From: Octopus vulgaris
Lineage: Eukaryota
Length of the DNA: 64,000 nt
Assembly: GCA_951406725.2 (NCBI GenBank)
Contig: OX597819.1
Coordinates: forward strand, 81,654,001-81,718,000
Direction of reading: 5' to 3'
The position numbers and the translations under genes were made by a program. Below, piece by piece: positions 1 through 13,465 of this stretch; the first letter of the stretch is position 1, and every line of letters starts with the position of its first letter. Under the pieces are notes generated by a model. That model had not been told where the DNA came from. It ran no database searches and was given only the letters and a program-made list of their open reading frames with translations.

Positions 1-1221
1 CTAGATACTCTAAAGCCATAACATATAAGCAGTATTTGTAAAAGATTTTGTTTAAAAGTATCCATTTTTCTGGATGTTATGAGGCAACAAATTTGGGGGC
101 ATATACATCTGTAGTAATGCCCTTTTATTTATACGATTTTTTCATTTCATGTTTATTTCATTCATTATTTACAATTTTCTCTCTCCCCCTCTTTTTCTCT
201 CTAACATACACACACACACTGCAAAGCTTACAGATGGGCTGCTGAATTATAATCTCTATGTTGCTTTGAGGGACTGTTGTTGGACTACGGTGATGTTTGT
301 TTAAAAAAAAAAGATTATAACTATGAAAGCAATATTTATTAAGCAAGCAAGCACTATTTTCCAAAGAAATAATTAGACGTAAAATATAAAAATTATTAGA
401 ATTTGGAATCAAATGTGAAAATATTATGAAGGAGCTAGCAGAAAACTACCTGGAGGGTGGTCTTTCTGCTAATCATCATAAAATTTTTAAAATTAGTAAC
501 CATTATTATCACATGTACCTCATTTATTACTGAACTTGAGCACATATAAGAAATCTTTATGATTTGTACTGTTTAGCATCATTAGCCATCATAATTTGTA
601 TCAGGTATCATTATAGATATTATAAATTATAAAAATAGCAACCATTTTAAGTACATGTAGCCTCGTTTATTACTGGTTTATTTACCACTGATCTAGGATA
701 ACAGTATGCTCAACTGTGAACCATGTTGCTCTAGTCATAGATTGATCTCTGATAACATAAGTCGGCAATCAATTGAAGATTCTGCCTGCACTTCAAAAAC
801 ATGCCTCAGTGATAATCCTCAATGCTCAGCTTCCCAAAATGTAATGGCTATCACTTGCTTTTACATGACCGTGCTTTAAGTTTACACTAGCTTTTATATG
901 GATTTGTGTTCCCATATCAATCAACATGTTAATAAAGAAAAGGAAAACAAAATACAAAGATACTCAATCCTAACAAATGATGCAAATGAGTGTATTTTCT
1001 ACAGCAAAAGGTAGAGATGATTAAAAAATACATGATGGTGTAAGTTTCATTGCTGTGAAAATGTGAGTTTGGAGTGAATGAGTTTACTATTCGTTCTAAC
1101 AGAATTGAGATACTAAAACCAAGGTGCTATGTAAAAGGCATTGGTGTGGGTGTTGGTGCCATGTAAAAAGGTCTGGATAGGACACTGATCCATTGCAGGA
1201 TTACTCTTTAAAAGCTTCTTA

Positions 1222-2275
1222 AGCACAAGCATGACTGTGCAATTAAGAATCTTGCTTCCCAGTCATGTGATCTTGGGTTTAATCCCACTGTGCTGCATTA
1301 TAGGCAAGTATCTTCTGCCTGAGCTCTAAGCCAACAAAAACCTTGTGAGTGAATTTTGTAGACAGAAGCTGAAGGAAACCCATTGTGAATAAGTATATAT
1401 ATGTATATATATACACACACACACATACGTGTGTGTGTGTGTTTGAGGTTACCCTTGTCAGGACATCTTTTGGTGGCTGTAAATGAGCATCAACATCATA
1501 CGAGCAAGGTTGTTAATTTTCATTTTCATGAAAAATATTTCTAGCAACGGAGAAATATTACCTTTCCTGGAAACAGATAAGGGATGGCAAGAAGAAAATC
1601 CTCTGGCCATAGAAACTCTATCTAAACATATTCCATGGGATCTATTCAGTTTGGCTCACAGATTTTTCAGTTATTTTTTTAAAAACTAAACAGTTTGAAA
1701 CTTCGTATACTGGTGTAATTTCTCACACTGAGCATGGTTTAATCTCAACGTTTTTGACAAAATTTCGTATTTTAGAAGTTATTTCGTGTTAAAGTTGTCA
1801 TATTTGGATAATTTTAACCAAACAACGATATGTATTCAGCTGAAGAAACCTACTGCAGTTTGTGATAGTAATCAAAGAGCAACAACTTTCGGGTCATCTC
1901 TACTAAATGAGAATACACTGAATAATTCACATGTGGCTGAAAAATACATTTAGTAGAAATGTCCCAGAAGTTGTTGCTCTTCAATTACTATTGCAAATAG
2001 CAGTAGGTTTCTTCAGCTGATTACATATTGTTGACTGGTTAAAATAAACCCAAATACGACAACTTTAGCATGAAATAACTTCTAAATTACGAAATTTTGT
2101 CAAAAATGTTGAAAGAAAACCGTGTTCAGCATAAGAAATTACACCAATATACGAAGTTTCAAACTTTAGTTAAAAAGACATAATTTAAAATTTGTGAGCC
2201 AAACTGAAGTGATCCATTCCATGTGATCCATGCAATCATGGAAATGTGGATGTTAAATGATGATAATGGCGGTGG
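1222..2275 (+). mobile_element. tRNA-derived SINE (head + microsatellite + tail ending in (GAT)n), interrupted by the MITE
   Basis: Head resembles the other copies (e.g. 59990-60150). The tail resumes after 2223 (catggaaatgtggatgttaaatgatgat). Confidence 0.7.
1638..2215. mobile_element. Foldback MITE with GG termini and an 8-bp TSD (Merlin-like), inserted in a SINE
   Basis: Ends GGATCtattcagtttggctcaca ... tgtgagccaaactgaagtGATCC. Arms are complementary over ~270 bp. Flanking direct repeat ATTCCATG at 1630-1637 and 2216-2223. Confidence 0.85.
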
Positions 2276-3286
2276 TGGTGGTGGTGGTTGTTTACCATGT
2301 ATTCCTAATTAGCAGATGCAGTCCTGATTTTAAACTCTGATCTTTGACAACCTATTTTTTACTAATTTTGTCCTGGTAAGGAGATTAACACTTAAGCCAA
2401 TGACAAACTTTTTAAAAAGCTTCTTGGGAATTAGTTTGTTATTTCACAGAAATGCTTTAAACTCAAGAAATACATTGACACAAAGCCAAATTTTTTGTTA
2501 GGAAAGGAAGGAAAAATATTAATAGATTCAAACCATGATTATATCTGATACTTACTATATTCAAATGCTGACTTTAACAGGACCTGAACTCAGATGCTAC
2601 ACAGATGAATCAAAATACAGTGACTCATATAGTATTAATAGGAGTCCTTGTGATGACAGTGGTGGTGGTGGTGGTGGCGGTGGAAGATTAGCCCCCAAGT
2701 CAGCAAGTTAGACCAGATTGAGCAGACCTATAACCGAAGGTGTTTACGCTGTAGCCACAACCAGCTCACCCTGTTTATCATTTCAATGTGTCACTTGCAT
2801 AAACATGTGTCTCCTCTACAGCAAGACACTTGTTCCTATCTCTCTATCATGCTCTTGCCTCTCAACACCTAGCATAGGCCCTAAATCAAGATGTCTTGTC
2901 TTGTGAGCTACTTGGCAACCTCACAAGCATTAGTAACACAAAAAGCACCCAGTACACACTGTAAAGTGGTTGGCTTTAGGAAGATTGTCCAGCTGCAGAA
3001 ACCATGCTGAAAAAAACATTGGAATTTTACGGTCCTTTGATCTGTTGAATCCTGTCAAACCATCCAACCCTTGCCAGCACAAAATATGGATGTCAAATGT
3101 TGAAGATGATGATGATGATGATGATGATGAAATAGGAATTGAGAAAATATAGCAGATGTTTCTAACAGGTCGATGGCTTGTGACAAAAACGGTTACAAGA
3201 ATTTACTCTTGGCTAGTGGTGGACAGTATCTTTGAGAATGAAATTTAGTATGACACTTTACTGCTTCAGCATCTATTCCATCTTAA

Positions 3287-3512
3287 CCCTTCGAAAACAA
3301 TCAGGACAACATATTGAACTTCCATCTTTGCATTAGAAAGACAGAAGAGCTGGTATTTTCAAGAAAATGTTTATTTTTCTGCATTTCCTGACTCCTATTT
3401 TACTTTCAGAATTTTAGATAACAACACCCTCATTATTTTGTGTCTCATGAAATTATTGCCATCTTGTTTATTTTTCATTGTAAGAACCTCAGTAAGTTTT
3501 GTCTATGAAGGG
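3287..3512. mobile_element. Short piggyBac-like MITE
   Basis: TTAA|CCCTTC ... GAAGGG|TTAA: TTAA TSD and CCCT termini. Confidence 0.6.
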
Positions 3513-3593
3513 TTAAGAGCTTACATAACAACATAATTATTTATAATAAAATTGAGCATGTGTATATGAGTATGCTTGCACATGTATTTAAGA

Positions 3594-5075
3594 ATGTATG
3601 TATGTGCATGACATGTGTATTTCCAAAACATTCCAGATTCAAAAGGCTAGAATTATAGATGAGAGAGTAAGAAAGATATTAAATTGGGTAAAAAAAAAAG
3701 GAGCCAAAATTCAGGAGAGAAATGATGATGAGTGTGAATTGCAGTATAGGAATCTACTTTAAAATAAATAGCACAGAAATAATTTATACCAGAACAAGAT
3801 GGAGTTCAATCAATTTTAAAGAAATTCATTCCTATACTTTATAAGTACACAAATGGCTGTGTGGTAAAAAAGTTTGCTTTGCAACTATATGATTTCAGGT
3901 TCTGTCTCATTGTGAGGTGCCTTGGGTAAGTGTCTTCTATTATATGCTCTGGACAACCAATGCCCTGTGAATGAATTTGGTTGACAGAAGTTATGTGGAA
4001 GACTGTTGTACATGCAAGTGTGTGTATATATGTGTGTATGTGCGTGTGTGTGTGCATGTGTGCATGTGCATGTATATGCATGCATCACACAAACATACAC
4101 ACACACACACATATATATGAGTCTTTGTAGTTGCACTTGCCCTCAACATGCACACACCTCTTGACAGCTGATATCAGTCTGTTTGTGTCCTTGTAACTAA
4201 GCAGTTTGGCAAAAGATACAAATAAAATTAGTACCAGACTTGTATAAATACAGGAGTTGACTTATTTAACTAAACCCTTCAAGGCCACATTCTATTAGCT
4301 GAAACAAGTAAAAGATAAAAGATACTTGCTGATAAAATTATTATTTCTGCCATTTTCCAAACGTTGTGATGCATAGATTATGGGAGTTTTTGTTGTTGCT
4401 CTTTAACCCCAGGTCAACTGTGATGAAGTAAAGACATTTAAACTATGATCATTAGATGTTCTACCTATGTACAGGAACCAAGACTGCATCATATAATATT
4501 TCCTTGCTTTTTTACATGAGTGCCATGTAATTATCACAGCATTTGAATTTTAGAATATTCTGATTTCTTACTCAAAGTCTGGTTGATTTGGCTGACCACT
4601 GAACTGAAGCCCTTTACATAGATTAAGTGAATGAGGATGATGCGTACACTCCAAACAGGATTTTAAATAAAACCTGTGGGAGGTTGGAAGAGTTTTTCAC
4701 AGAGAGACCAACAGTCAACAGTATCTACAGCACCAAGTTAACTGACTATTAAAATACATGAAACACATATTGCTGTGTGACTATGACCCCCTTTGGTTAC
4801 AGATTGTGGCTAGATTGACACAGTTTAAATAATTAGTGGATGGGGAATTGAGAATCATTAATTCTCCTGGGACACTAATGCTACAGCTAAAATAAACCCT
4901 CACTCAACAGTAATATGTCCATTCATGAGGGGTTTTTTTTACTATTGATCCGATAATTAGTTACAAGGACATAAACAGACTGATATCAGCTGTCAAGAGG
5001 TGTGTGTGTGTCGAGGGCAAGTGTAACTACAAAGACTCATATATGTGTGTATGTGTGTGATGCATGCATATACAT

Positions 5076-5143
<68 letters not shown>

Positions 5144-5569
5144 TTGCATGTACAACAGTCTTCCACACAACTTCTGTCAACTAAATTCATTCACAAGGCA
5201 TTGGTTGTTCAGAGCCTATAGTAGAAGACACTTGCCCAAGGTGCCTCACAATGAGACAGAACCTGAAATCCTGTAGTTGCAAAGCAAACTTCTTTACCAC
5301 ACAGCCATTTGTGTACCTACCTCTAAAGTATAGAAATGAATTTCTTTAAAATTGATTGAACTCCATCTTATTCTGGGTATAAATTATTTCTGTGCTATTT
5401 ATTTTAAAGTAGATTCCAATACTGCAATTCACACTCATCATCATTTCTCTCCTGAATTTTGGCTCCTTTTTTTGCCCAATTTAATATCTTTCTTACTCTC
5501 TCATCTATAATTCTAGCCTTTTGAATCTGGAATTTTTTGGAAATACACATGTCATGCACATACATACAT
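3594..5569. repeat. Inverted duplication: arms ~3594-4200 and ~4957-5569 around a ~756-bp spacer
   Basis: gtccttgtaactaa (ends 4200) vs ttagttacaaggac (starts 4957); ttccagattcaaaaggctagaattatag vs ctataattctagccttttgaatctgg. Each arm holds non-repeat DNA plus a SINE head. Confidence 0.9.
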
Positions 5570-5882
5570 ATTTAAACATACAAGATAGGTGGGGGTGGTA
5601 TGTGGATGTATATAAATATGTAGATATTTCCAAGAATATGTCAGCAAATACTCATAGAAATATTTGTTCACGTATATTTACTTCCATTATAATTTTCTGT
5701 ATGCAAATAATTAAGTAAACTGTAGGATACTATAGATGGTCAATGTTAGCAGTTTGTGGGAAGTGAGTATAAATAGTTCTGAAGTGGAATAAATTGGTTT
5801 GCTATGAGGAAGAGGGTAAGTTTTATGTTTCAGGCAAGAAACTTTATTAGTTATTCCCAAAATGTTAAACCTTTCCAATTTC

Positions 5883-6009
5883 TTCTTCTTCTTACAGCAT
5901 TCACCCCGGGGTGGGTTGAGCTGGCTTCATTCATCCTCAATGCTGCATCTCTCACAAACACCGACCAGGCCTGTCGATTTGAGGCTAACGACCGGTCGTT
6001 AGCAGTCGT
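5883..6009 (-). mobile_element. Short 3' end of an RTE-like LINE with a (GAA)n tail
   Basis: Minus strand reads LASNRQAWSVFVRDAALRMNEASSTHPG*, similar to the end of the 11025 insertion. Direct repeat TTTCCAATTTC at 5872-5882 and 6010-6020. Confidence 0.65.
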
Positions 6010-6062
6010 TTTCCAATTTCCTCACGGCAATCCAATGTATTCCACTTTGATCAGTATCTAAG

Positions 6063-6064
<2 letters not shown>

Positions 6065-6094
<30 letters not shown>

Positions 6095-6260
6095 TGTATG
6101 TATGTATGTATGTATGTATGTATGTATGTATGTATGTATGTATGTATGTGTGTGTGTATGTATGTATGTATGTGTGTGTGTATGTATGTATGTATGTATA
6201 TATGTGTGCGTGCGTGCGTGCGTGCGTGCATGTATGTATGTATGTATGTATGTATGTGTT
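6065..6260. repeat. (TATG)n/(TGCG)n microsatellite
   Basis: Direct inspection; source of several spurious ORFs. Confidence 0.95.
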
Positions 6261-7813
6261 CACATGCATGCATGCACATGCGATAGAGAAATAGACAAAG
6301 ACAAACTGACAGACAACACAGAGAGAAGGAAAGAGAAAGATAGGAAATAAAGAGACACACTTATATTGTAAAAGAAGTATATGTTCATAAAACACTGGCT
6401 ATAAATTATAACTAAAAGCAAACATTGAAATATCAAATAGTATATAAAAATGGTAACTGTATTATAACAGTATAGCCTTCCTTGAATGTTTTCATAAATG
6501 CACACTACTACATTAAATTATCTTTGAAATTAAAGTAATTTAATATTTTTAAAATACACATCTAGCCACAAGGAAATTTTAAATTTCTAATTTTAAATAC
6601 TTCTATGTTTTTTAAAAAAGCCACCTCTTATTCTTGCGGCATACAGCAATCTATAATTACTTTCTTATACCTGTTAATCTTGCTGTATTTTGTAATAATC
6701 CTTAAGCCATGCCACCACTGTAGTAAGCAGCTTATACATTTGTACACAATAAGGAACAAATAGAGAGAGGAGGTCATAAGCATTATGTACTGAATTCCCG
6801 CTTGTTTGCACACCTGTCCAGGATAAAAATGTAAACATGCTCTTCACTCATTCAGTAAGATATAGGATTGTTGAAAGCAAAGAAAATACAAAATTGCAAG
6901 AAATTGACTGCTTTCGGGATTTGTTTAGGATATGACTGTCTCCAACTGTCTGTTAGCTTTCAAACAAATATTTCACACAAAAGTTTGAAACTCTCTGATC
7001 TTAACTGAACACCAAAATTATTTCAGTTTACCATCATGTTCAGTAGGATTACTAGATCACAGTCTTCTTAATAAAGAAGTCAAAAATTAGATTTTTTTTC
7101 AAAGGAATCACTTAAATTTTCTGAATAATAGTATTGAAATATTTAGACAGTCCTCATATCAAATTGATCAATATCATATTTTTTACTTTTGTGAAATTAT
7201 ATAAATTCGATAAAACAAATAAATTGAATCTACTTGAGTTATAAATTGCTTCATTAACACACTTGATACTTCACAATTGCAATGAATTTTTTTATCTTCT
7301 AACAAAAAAATATTTTTATTTAATGCAACCAAACAGCAATTAAAAGAAAGCCTGGATGGAATTCCTCCTAGGTATTCCTACAAACATTATTGCCAGGAAA
7401 TTACATAAACAAATCCCAAGTCCAAATATTCAGTGACATGACTATTCTAAAAATCTTAATAAATTAAAAATCATTAAGAAACTCTGTAAACTTTAACAAA
7501 TAAGAATTTTGAATATTTTATTAATCTTTTCATATTTTTAAACATATCTATTAAATTGAAAATGTAATCATCATCATCATTTTAACAACTACTTTTCTCT
7601 ACAAGCATGATTTGATACAGCTGCAATAGATAACCATGTTATCTCCCCTGATGAAGGTCAATAGTGTTAATTAGGTCTAAGGTATTTCTTCTTGAAGCAG
7701 TCTTGATCTCACTGTTATGGCAGACACCTTGTACTAAGCATCCATATATTTTACATGTTCATAAAATCACAGTTAAATTTTGATCAATAATGAAAACTCT
7801 GTGTGTGTGTGAG

Positions 7814-7846
<33 letters not shown>

Positions 7847-7849
7847 CTG

Positions 7850-7950
7850 TAAATGTAATATGTGACAATTATTCGGTAGCCATGACAAAACTCCGAGTTT
7901 CAGATGCTGAGATGGAAATCCACACTGCCATCTCTTCTGTTATTCAGCCA
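7850..7950 (-). mobile_element. Short cassette with a degenerate hammerhead-like core (Penelope-like terminal fragment), within (TA)n
   Basis: Minus strand: ataa-CaGAAGA-GATG...CATC-t-GAAAC-tcgga-GTT-ttgt. A second copy lies at ~46350-46435. Confidence 0.5.
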
Positions 7951-7984
7951 TCAGATATATATATATACAGAGAATGAGAGAGAG

Positions 7985-8120
7985 TTAGGTAGGTAGGTAG
8001 GTAGGTAGGTTGGTAGGTAGGTAGGTAGGTAGGTAAGTAGGTTGGTAGGTAGGTAGGTAGGTAAGTAGGTAGGTATGCTGGCAGGCAGACAGGTAGGTAG
8101 GTAGGTAGACAGGCAGGTAA
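7985..8120. repeat. (TAGG)n microsatellite
   Basis: Direct inspection. Confidence 0.95.
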
Positions 8121-8981
8121 GCTGGCAAATATGTATGTATTTACAAGGGGCTTCATAAGTTTCCATTTACCAAATTCACTTTGATTGGCTCAAGGCTATC
8201 TGATAACTTGGAAAAGTAGAAAACACTTTACCAAGTTGTCATATAGTATGACTGAATGCAAAACTTTGTGGTTAGGAAGTAAACTTCTCAAACACACAGC
8301 CATACCTATGACTGTCACAGCCATGCCCGCACCTACACACACGTGCGCACACATGCACACACACACACACACACACATATATGAACTCAGAAACAATCTA
8401 CTTCAAAGCTCTGTTGTCTCTGCTATCTCCATCTCTTATTGCATTATAGATTTTTAAATACAATTTGAATGTCATTGTTGCTGTTTAATCCCAGATGAGC
8501 TCTGTATGATCAGACCTATGATTAAAGGCATTCCAACAATGACAATCTTATCTTATTTTCAAGCACTCTGTCCGGGATTACATTATCCACTATCTGATTC
8601 CTTTTTTTAAGCTAGTTATTTCAAGCAATCTAAAGTAACTATATAGAGGCTCCTTGAATAATTATGTAAAGGCTCAAGGTTGATGGTTTAAACCCCAATA
8701 GTAAACAAGATTACTAATAATCTACAATTGCGACTCAAAGTTGAACCAACCTTCAGACTAATTCACTCATTAGCAATGGTGTGCATTGAAGAATAATCCT
8801 TTCTACAATAGGCACAAGGCCTGAAATTTGGGGGAGGGGTATAGTTGATTACATTGACACCAGTACTCAACTGGTACTTATTTTACTGACATTGAAAGGA
8901 TGAAAGGCAAAGTTGACTGCATCAGAATTTGAACTCACAGAGTGAAAATGGATGAAATACCACTATGCATTGATAAATAAT

Positions 8982-9356
8982 CTTTTCTACTACAGGCACA
9001 AGGCCCAAACTTTTGTGGGGAAGGGGGCCAGTCGATTAGATCAATCCTAGTATGCAACTGGTACTTAATTTATCGACCCCAAAAGGATGAAAGGCAAAGT
9101 TGACCTCAGTGGAATTTGAACACAGAACATAAGGACAAATAAAATACCTATTTCTTTACTACCCACAAGGGGCTAAACACAGAGAGGACAAACAAGGACA
9201 TACAAACGGATTAAGTCAATTATATCGACATCAGGGCATAACTGGTACTTATTTAATCGACCTCAGCAGAATTTGAACTCAGAACGTAGCGGCAGACAAA
9301 ATACCGCTAAGCATTTCACCTGGCATGCTAATGTTTCTGCCAGCTCACTACCTTAA
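8982..9356 (-). mobile_element. Dimeric SINE (family 2), preceded by a truncated copy at 8798-8967
   Basis: Minus-strand head ggtagtgagctggcagaaacattagc and core ttctgagttcaaattc. TSD CATTGATAAATAAT at 8968-8981 and 9359-9372. Confidence 0.8.
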
Positions 9357-11024
9357 TACATTGATAAATAATAAATGCTAAAAGTTCACAGAATGGAATA
9401 AATTATATTTTTTTTAATGTAGAAGAGGAATCTAATGTTTTGAGCTGGAGGCTTTGTTGGAGAAGAATGGAAAAATGAAAAAAAAATGTATATTTATTTA
9501 TTACATACAAAGTGTCAAAATGCTAAGAGGAAGGAAAATCAAATTAGGATGGTGCTTGAGTTTGTTGTTTTTTCTTCTTTCTTGTCTTTTTCTTTCTCAC
9601 ACCATAACTTCAGTCATTTATGTTTCCACCCATACTACCTTTCAATCAGTATAACTTTCCATCATTCTTGGGGTATAATTTGCACACGTGCGCGTGCGTG
9701 CACACACACGCACACACACACACACACTACATACAAACATATATGTATATACACATTACATTGGTAAGCCCCATTTATTTGAACCCAGAAACTTTAATTC
9801 TTTATAGTCATAACATAAACTAATATACCCACTCACTACAGGTCCCATGGCTCCTCTATTTTTAGATATTGAGCTCAAAAACTTAAGTTGTTTCTTTTAT
9901 TGGACTCCCTACACTGATACCAGCAGATGATTTGCTCACATACAAATTCAACATCTTTTTTTTTCCCCAATGGTTTTCATTGTGTTATATCAAATTGAAT
10001 TACAATTAATCCAAAAACTCAATCAAATTTATGCCTGTATCTACAAAGAAGAGAAAACATATCTAATTAGAAAAAGTTAAAAATGAATATGTGAGTAAAA
10101 ACTTTTCATAGGCCAATGTATGATACCAAAGTATAGAAATTTCCAGCATCATCCTTCAAATAATTTTTGCATTGCTCCTGAATGTGTTTCACAATCTGGA
10201 TAATTTTTATTTCAAATCCAAATTAATATAATTTCCTTCTCTATTTTTAGGCTTTTTTCTTGTTTTGCTTTTCTTTTTTTTTTTTCTTTTTTGTTAATGA
10301 GAACTCTTAGATAATTCAAACAAATGTGAATTTTCTGGCTATCTTAATTCTGCAGCCAAAACTCTTGATTAATTACAAATTAATTCTACAATTCATGAAG
10401 CAGATTCTGGCTGTTAACGAATGCTAATATATTACCTGATTTTGGATAATAATTCAAATATATCTAATTGAATATTTGATCAGTTCAGCATGTATATATA
10501 TATATATATATACATATATATAAACATGCTCACACATACATAATGGTGTGTGTGTGTGTATGTATTATCCATTCATTCAAGAGATGCTAAACAAGAAAGC
10601 AGCTACAAATACATTCTTCCTTAATTAACCAAACTCGTAAAAATGTGAAAAAGTAAAGAAATGTACAAGTAATGAAGGAAAAGGTAAAATAGCTTTATTA
10701 ATCTTCATTCTGAATACATTCAAATGCTTCTACTCAGTGGAAAGAAAGAATTCAGATCAATTTGCATTACTTTTCTCTACCGACACCATTTTTGGTGATT
10801 TAGCAACTTGTGCTAACACTCTTCCTCTTTCTAATACTTCAGACTTTTTAGACTTTATGTAAATCTATTCATCTTCTTGTTCAATGCAATTATTTACATT
10901 CAACATTTTATATATACTTGATCATATATGCTTAATCTATCATCATCATTTTACTACCTACCTTTCTATCTCTTACTTGTTCCAATCATTGTACTGTGGT
11001 AATGCTGGGGTACTACTTTAAAGG

Positions 11025-11326
11025 ATTCCAGAGGGTGAGCTGATTCGCGATGTCCTCCTCCCACCTCCACTTCCCAGCTGGCACAAACGCAGGGGCGGGC
11101 AGCTGAAGACCTGGGCAACGACGATAAAGGAGCACCTCTCCAAACTCTCAGGTCCACAGGTGGTTAGTCTGTGCAGATGGAACTGCGAATGGCTCGCTAT
11201 GTCCAGTGACCTTGCACAGGACCATCGAGCATGGGCCGCCATGGTTTGTGATGCCGTTAGGACCAGAGAAGAAGCCGGCTCAACCTGCCCTAGGTGAACG
11301 CCGTCACAAGTACAAGTACAAGTAAA
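11025..11326 (+). mobile_element. 5'-truncated RTE-clade LINE insertion with an open C-terminal frame, (CAAGTA)n tail and 15-bp TSD
   Basis: 11025-11297 reads IPEGELIRDVLLPPPLPSWHKRRGGQLKTW...LAQDHRAWAAMVCDAVRTREEAGSTCPR* without a break. TSD GTACTACTTTAAAGG at 11010-11024 and 11327-11341. Inserted in a minus-strand SINE tail. Confidence 0.85.
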
Positions 11327-12459
11327 GTACTACTTTAAAGGGTTTTAGTCAAGCAAGTTGACCCCAGTACTTATTTTTTAAAGTCTGATGTTTATGGAAT
11401 CAGTCTCTTTTGCAGAACCACTAAGTTATGGATGCATAAACAAACCAAAACCAGTTGTCAAGTGGTGGGTAGGGACACAATGCACATAGCTTAAAGAACT
11501 CCTTCCATTGGATTGCAATGTGCATAAATGCTACTGACATGAGCAGAGGAAGACTTCAGCTTAGCATATCAACATAACCAAATATTTGCTTATAGGCAAT
11601 ATTTATGTCCAATTTCATGTAGATGTCTTGTTAGAACACCAAATACTGCATTATTAGCCTTGAGAGAACCTCTCATATAGGCATTTGGTACATAAAAGTA
11701 CATACACTGATCATAGCAGACAAGAATCATCTAACTCTGTATTTGGCTCACATTTCAAATTCTACCAAGATCAACCTAGATTTTCATCTTTTTCATATTG
11801 ATAAAGTAAATATTGGTGCTGCTAGATAATTCAGTCATTTTGGCCAGCATTGATCAACATTGTTGATTGCATTCATACCATAGTTTCTAATTCATCATCA
11901 TCATCATCATCATCATCATTATCATCATTACTATCATTTAATGTTCATTTTTCCATGCTGACATGGGTTGGAGAGTTTGACATGGATTGATGAGTCAGAG
12001 GGCTACACTGAGCTCCAAAGTCGGCTTTGGCATGGTTTCTACTACTGGATATCCTTTCTAATGCCAGCCACTTCAGAGTGCACTGTACTTTTTTCATAGC
12101 ACCATCACTGGTGAACTTACTAAGTACCTGAAAATACAAGACCCTTCACCTGAATAGGGTATAGTGGTGTGTGCTTTACACTTATCTGATACTATGTTCA
12201 GATTTCTTTCCAATCAAATCATCCTCACAAAAGACTTTATGTAAGCAATAATGTGAATGGTTGTGTTTATGTTTTATTTTGAATTATTTTTTGAAGTGCA
12301 AAGCCATATAAAGTTGGTAAAGATAAATTTGCAAGATAAAACTAGCAATCAGCATGGAAAAGAGGATACAACCTTCAACATAAATATGTAACATTAGACA
12401 TAAATGCAAGAAAAAATTAGTAAAAGGTGCAAGTGGAACTGTGTAGGCAAGAAGGTTCA

Positions 12460-12626
12460 GGCATGGTTATGTAGGTAAGAAGTTTCCTTCCCAACCAAAT
12501 GGTTTCAGGTTCAGTCCCACTGTGGCACCTTGGGCAAGTGTCTTCTACATTTGCCCCATGACAGTCAAAGTTTTCTGAGCAGATTTGGTTGACAGAAATG
12601 GAAAGAAATCTGTCTTTGTATATATA

Positions 12627-12696
<70 letters not shown>

Positions 12697-13025
12697 TACA
12701 TACATACTCACTCATGTATGCATGCATTTATATATGCATGTGTATGTTTGAGTGTGTGTGTGTGTGTATGCATGTATGTGTGCATCTATGCATGTTGAGT
12801 CTCTTTATCTTGACATTGCATGATAGTTGTAAATGAGAGTCACTATCATACAAGCGGTGGTGTTCATTACCAATACTCTGCACAAGCATGCCTGACTGGG
12901 AAAATACTACCCTGCTTAGATATAAAACAAGGGCTAGTAACAAGAATGGCATCCAGCCATAGAAAATCTGTCTCAATAAACTCCAGAATGGAAAAGTGGA
13001 CAGTAAAACAATAATGATGATGAGA
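12460..13025 (+). mobile_element. tRNA-derived SINE (head, TA/TG microsatellite, tail)
   Basis: ggttcagtcccactgtggcaccttgggcaagtgtcttctac head; tail ggcatccagccatagaaaatctg...ggaaaagtggac. Confidence 0.75.
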
Positions 13026-13400
13026 AGGATAAAATAATTAACATTATCCATTTAATATTATACTTCCACATTTCAAAATCCATTCTCTTCTTTTCACTTG
13101 ATATATAGCACTTATTTTTGTCATGTTATTTCTAATGTTAGCACTCAGTTGTAGTAATTGTTTTTAGGTTTTACATTAGATAACAATTGCTGTTATAATT
13201 ACTATTATAGTCTAGAACTGTAGCTCAAGGTTGAACCAACCTCCAGACTAATTCATTCATTAGAGTAATATGATAGAATTCAAAGAAATTAACAATGATC
13301 TGTATTGATAAATAATAAATGCTAAAAGTTGACTGAGTGAAATAAATTTGCTGTTATCTATCTGTCTGTCCGTTCATCCATCCGTCCGTCCATCCATCTA

Positions 13401-13465
<65 letters not shown>

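Noticed and set aside
7645-7690. CTGATGA motifs at ~7648, ~53452 and ~63035
   Set aside because: No correctly placed stem II, GAAA and NUH follow; the last lies inside a coding exon.
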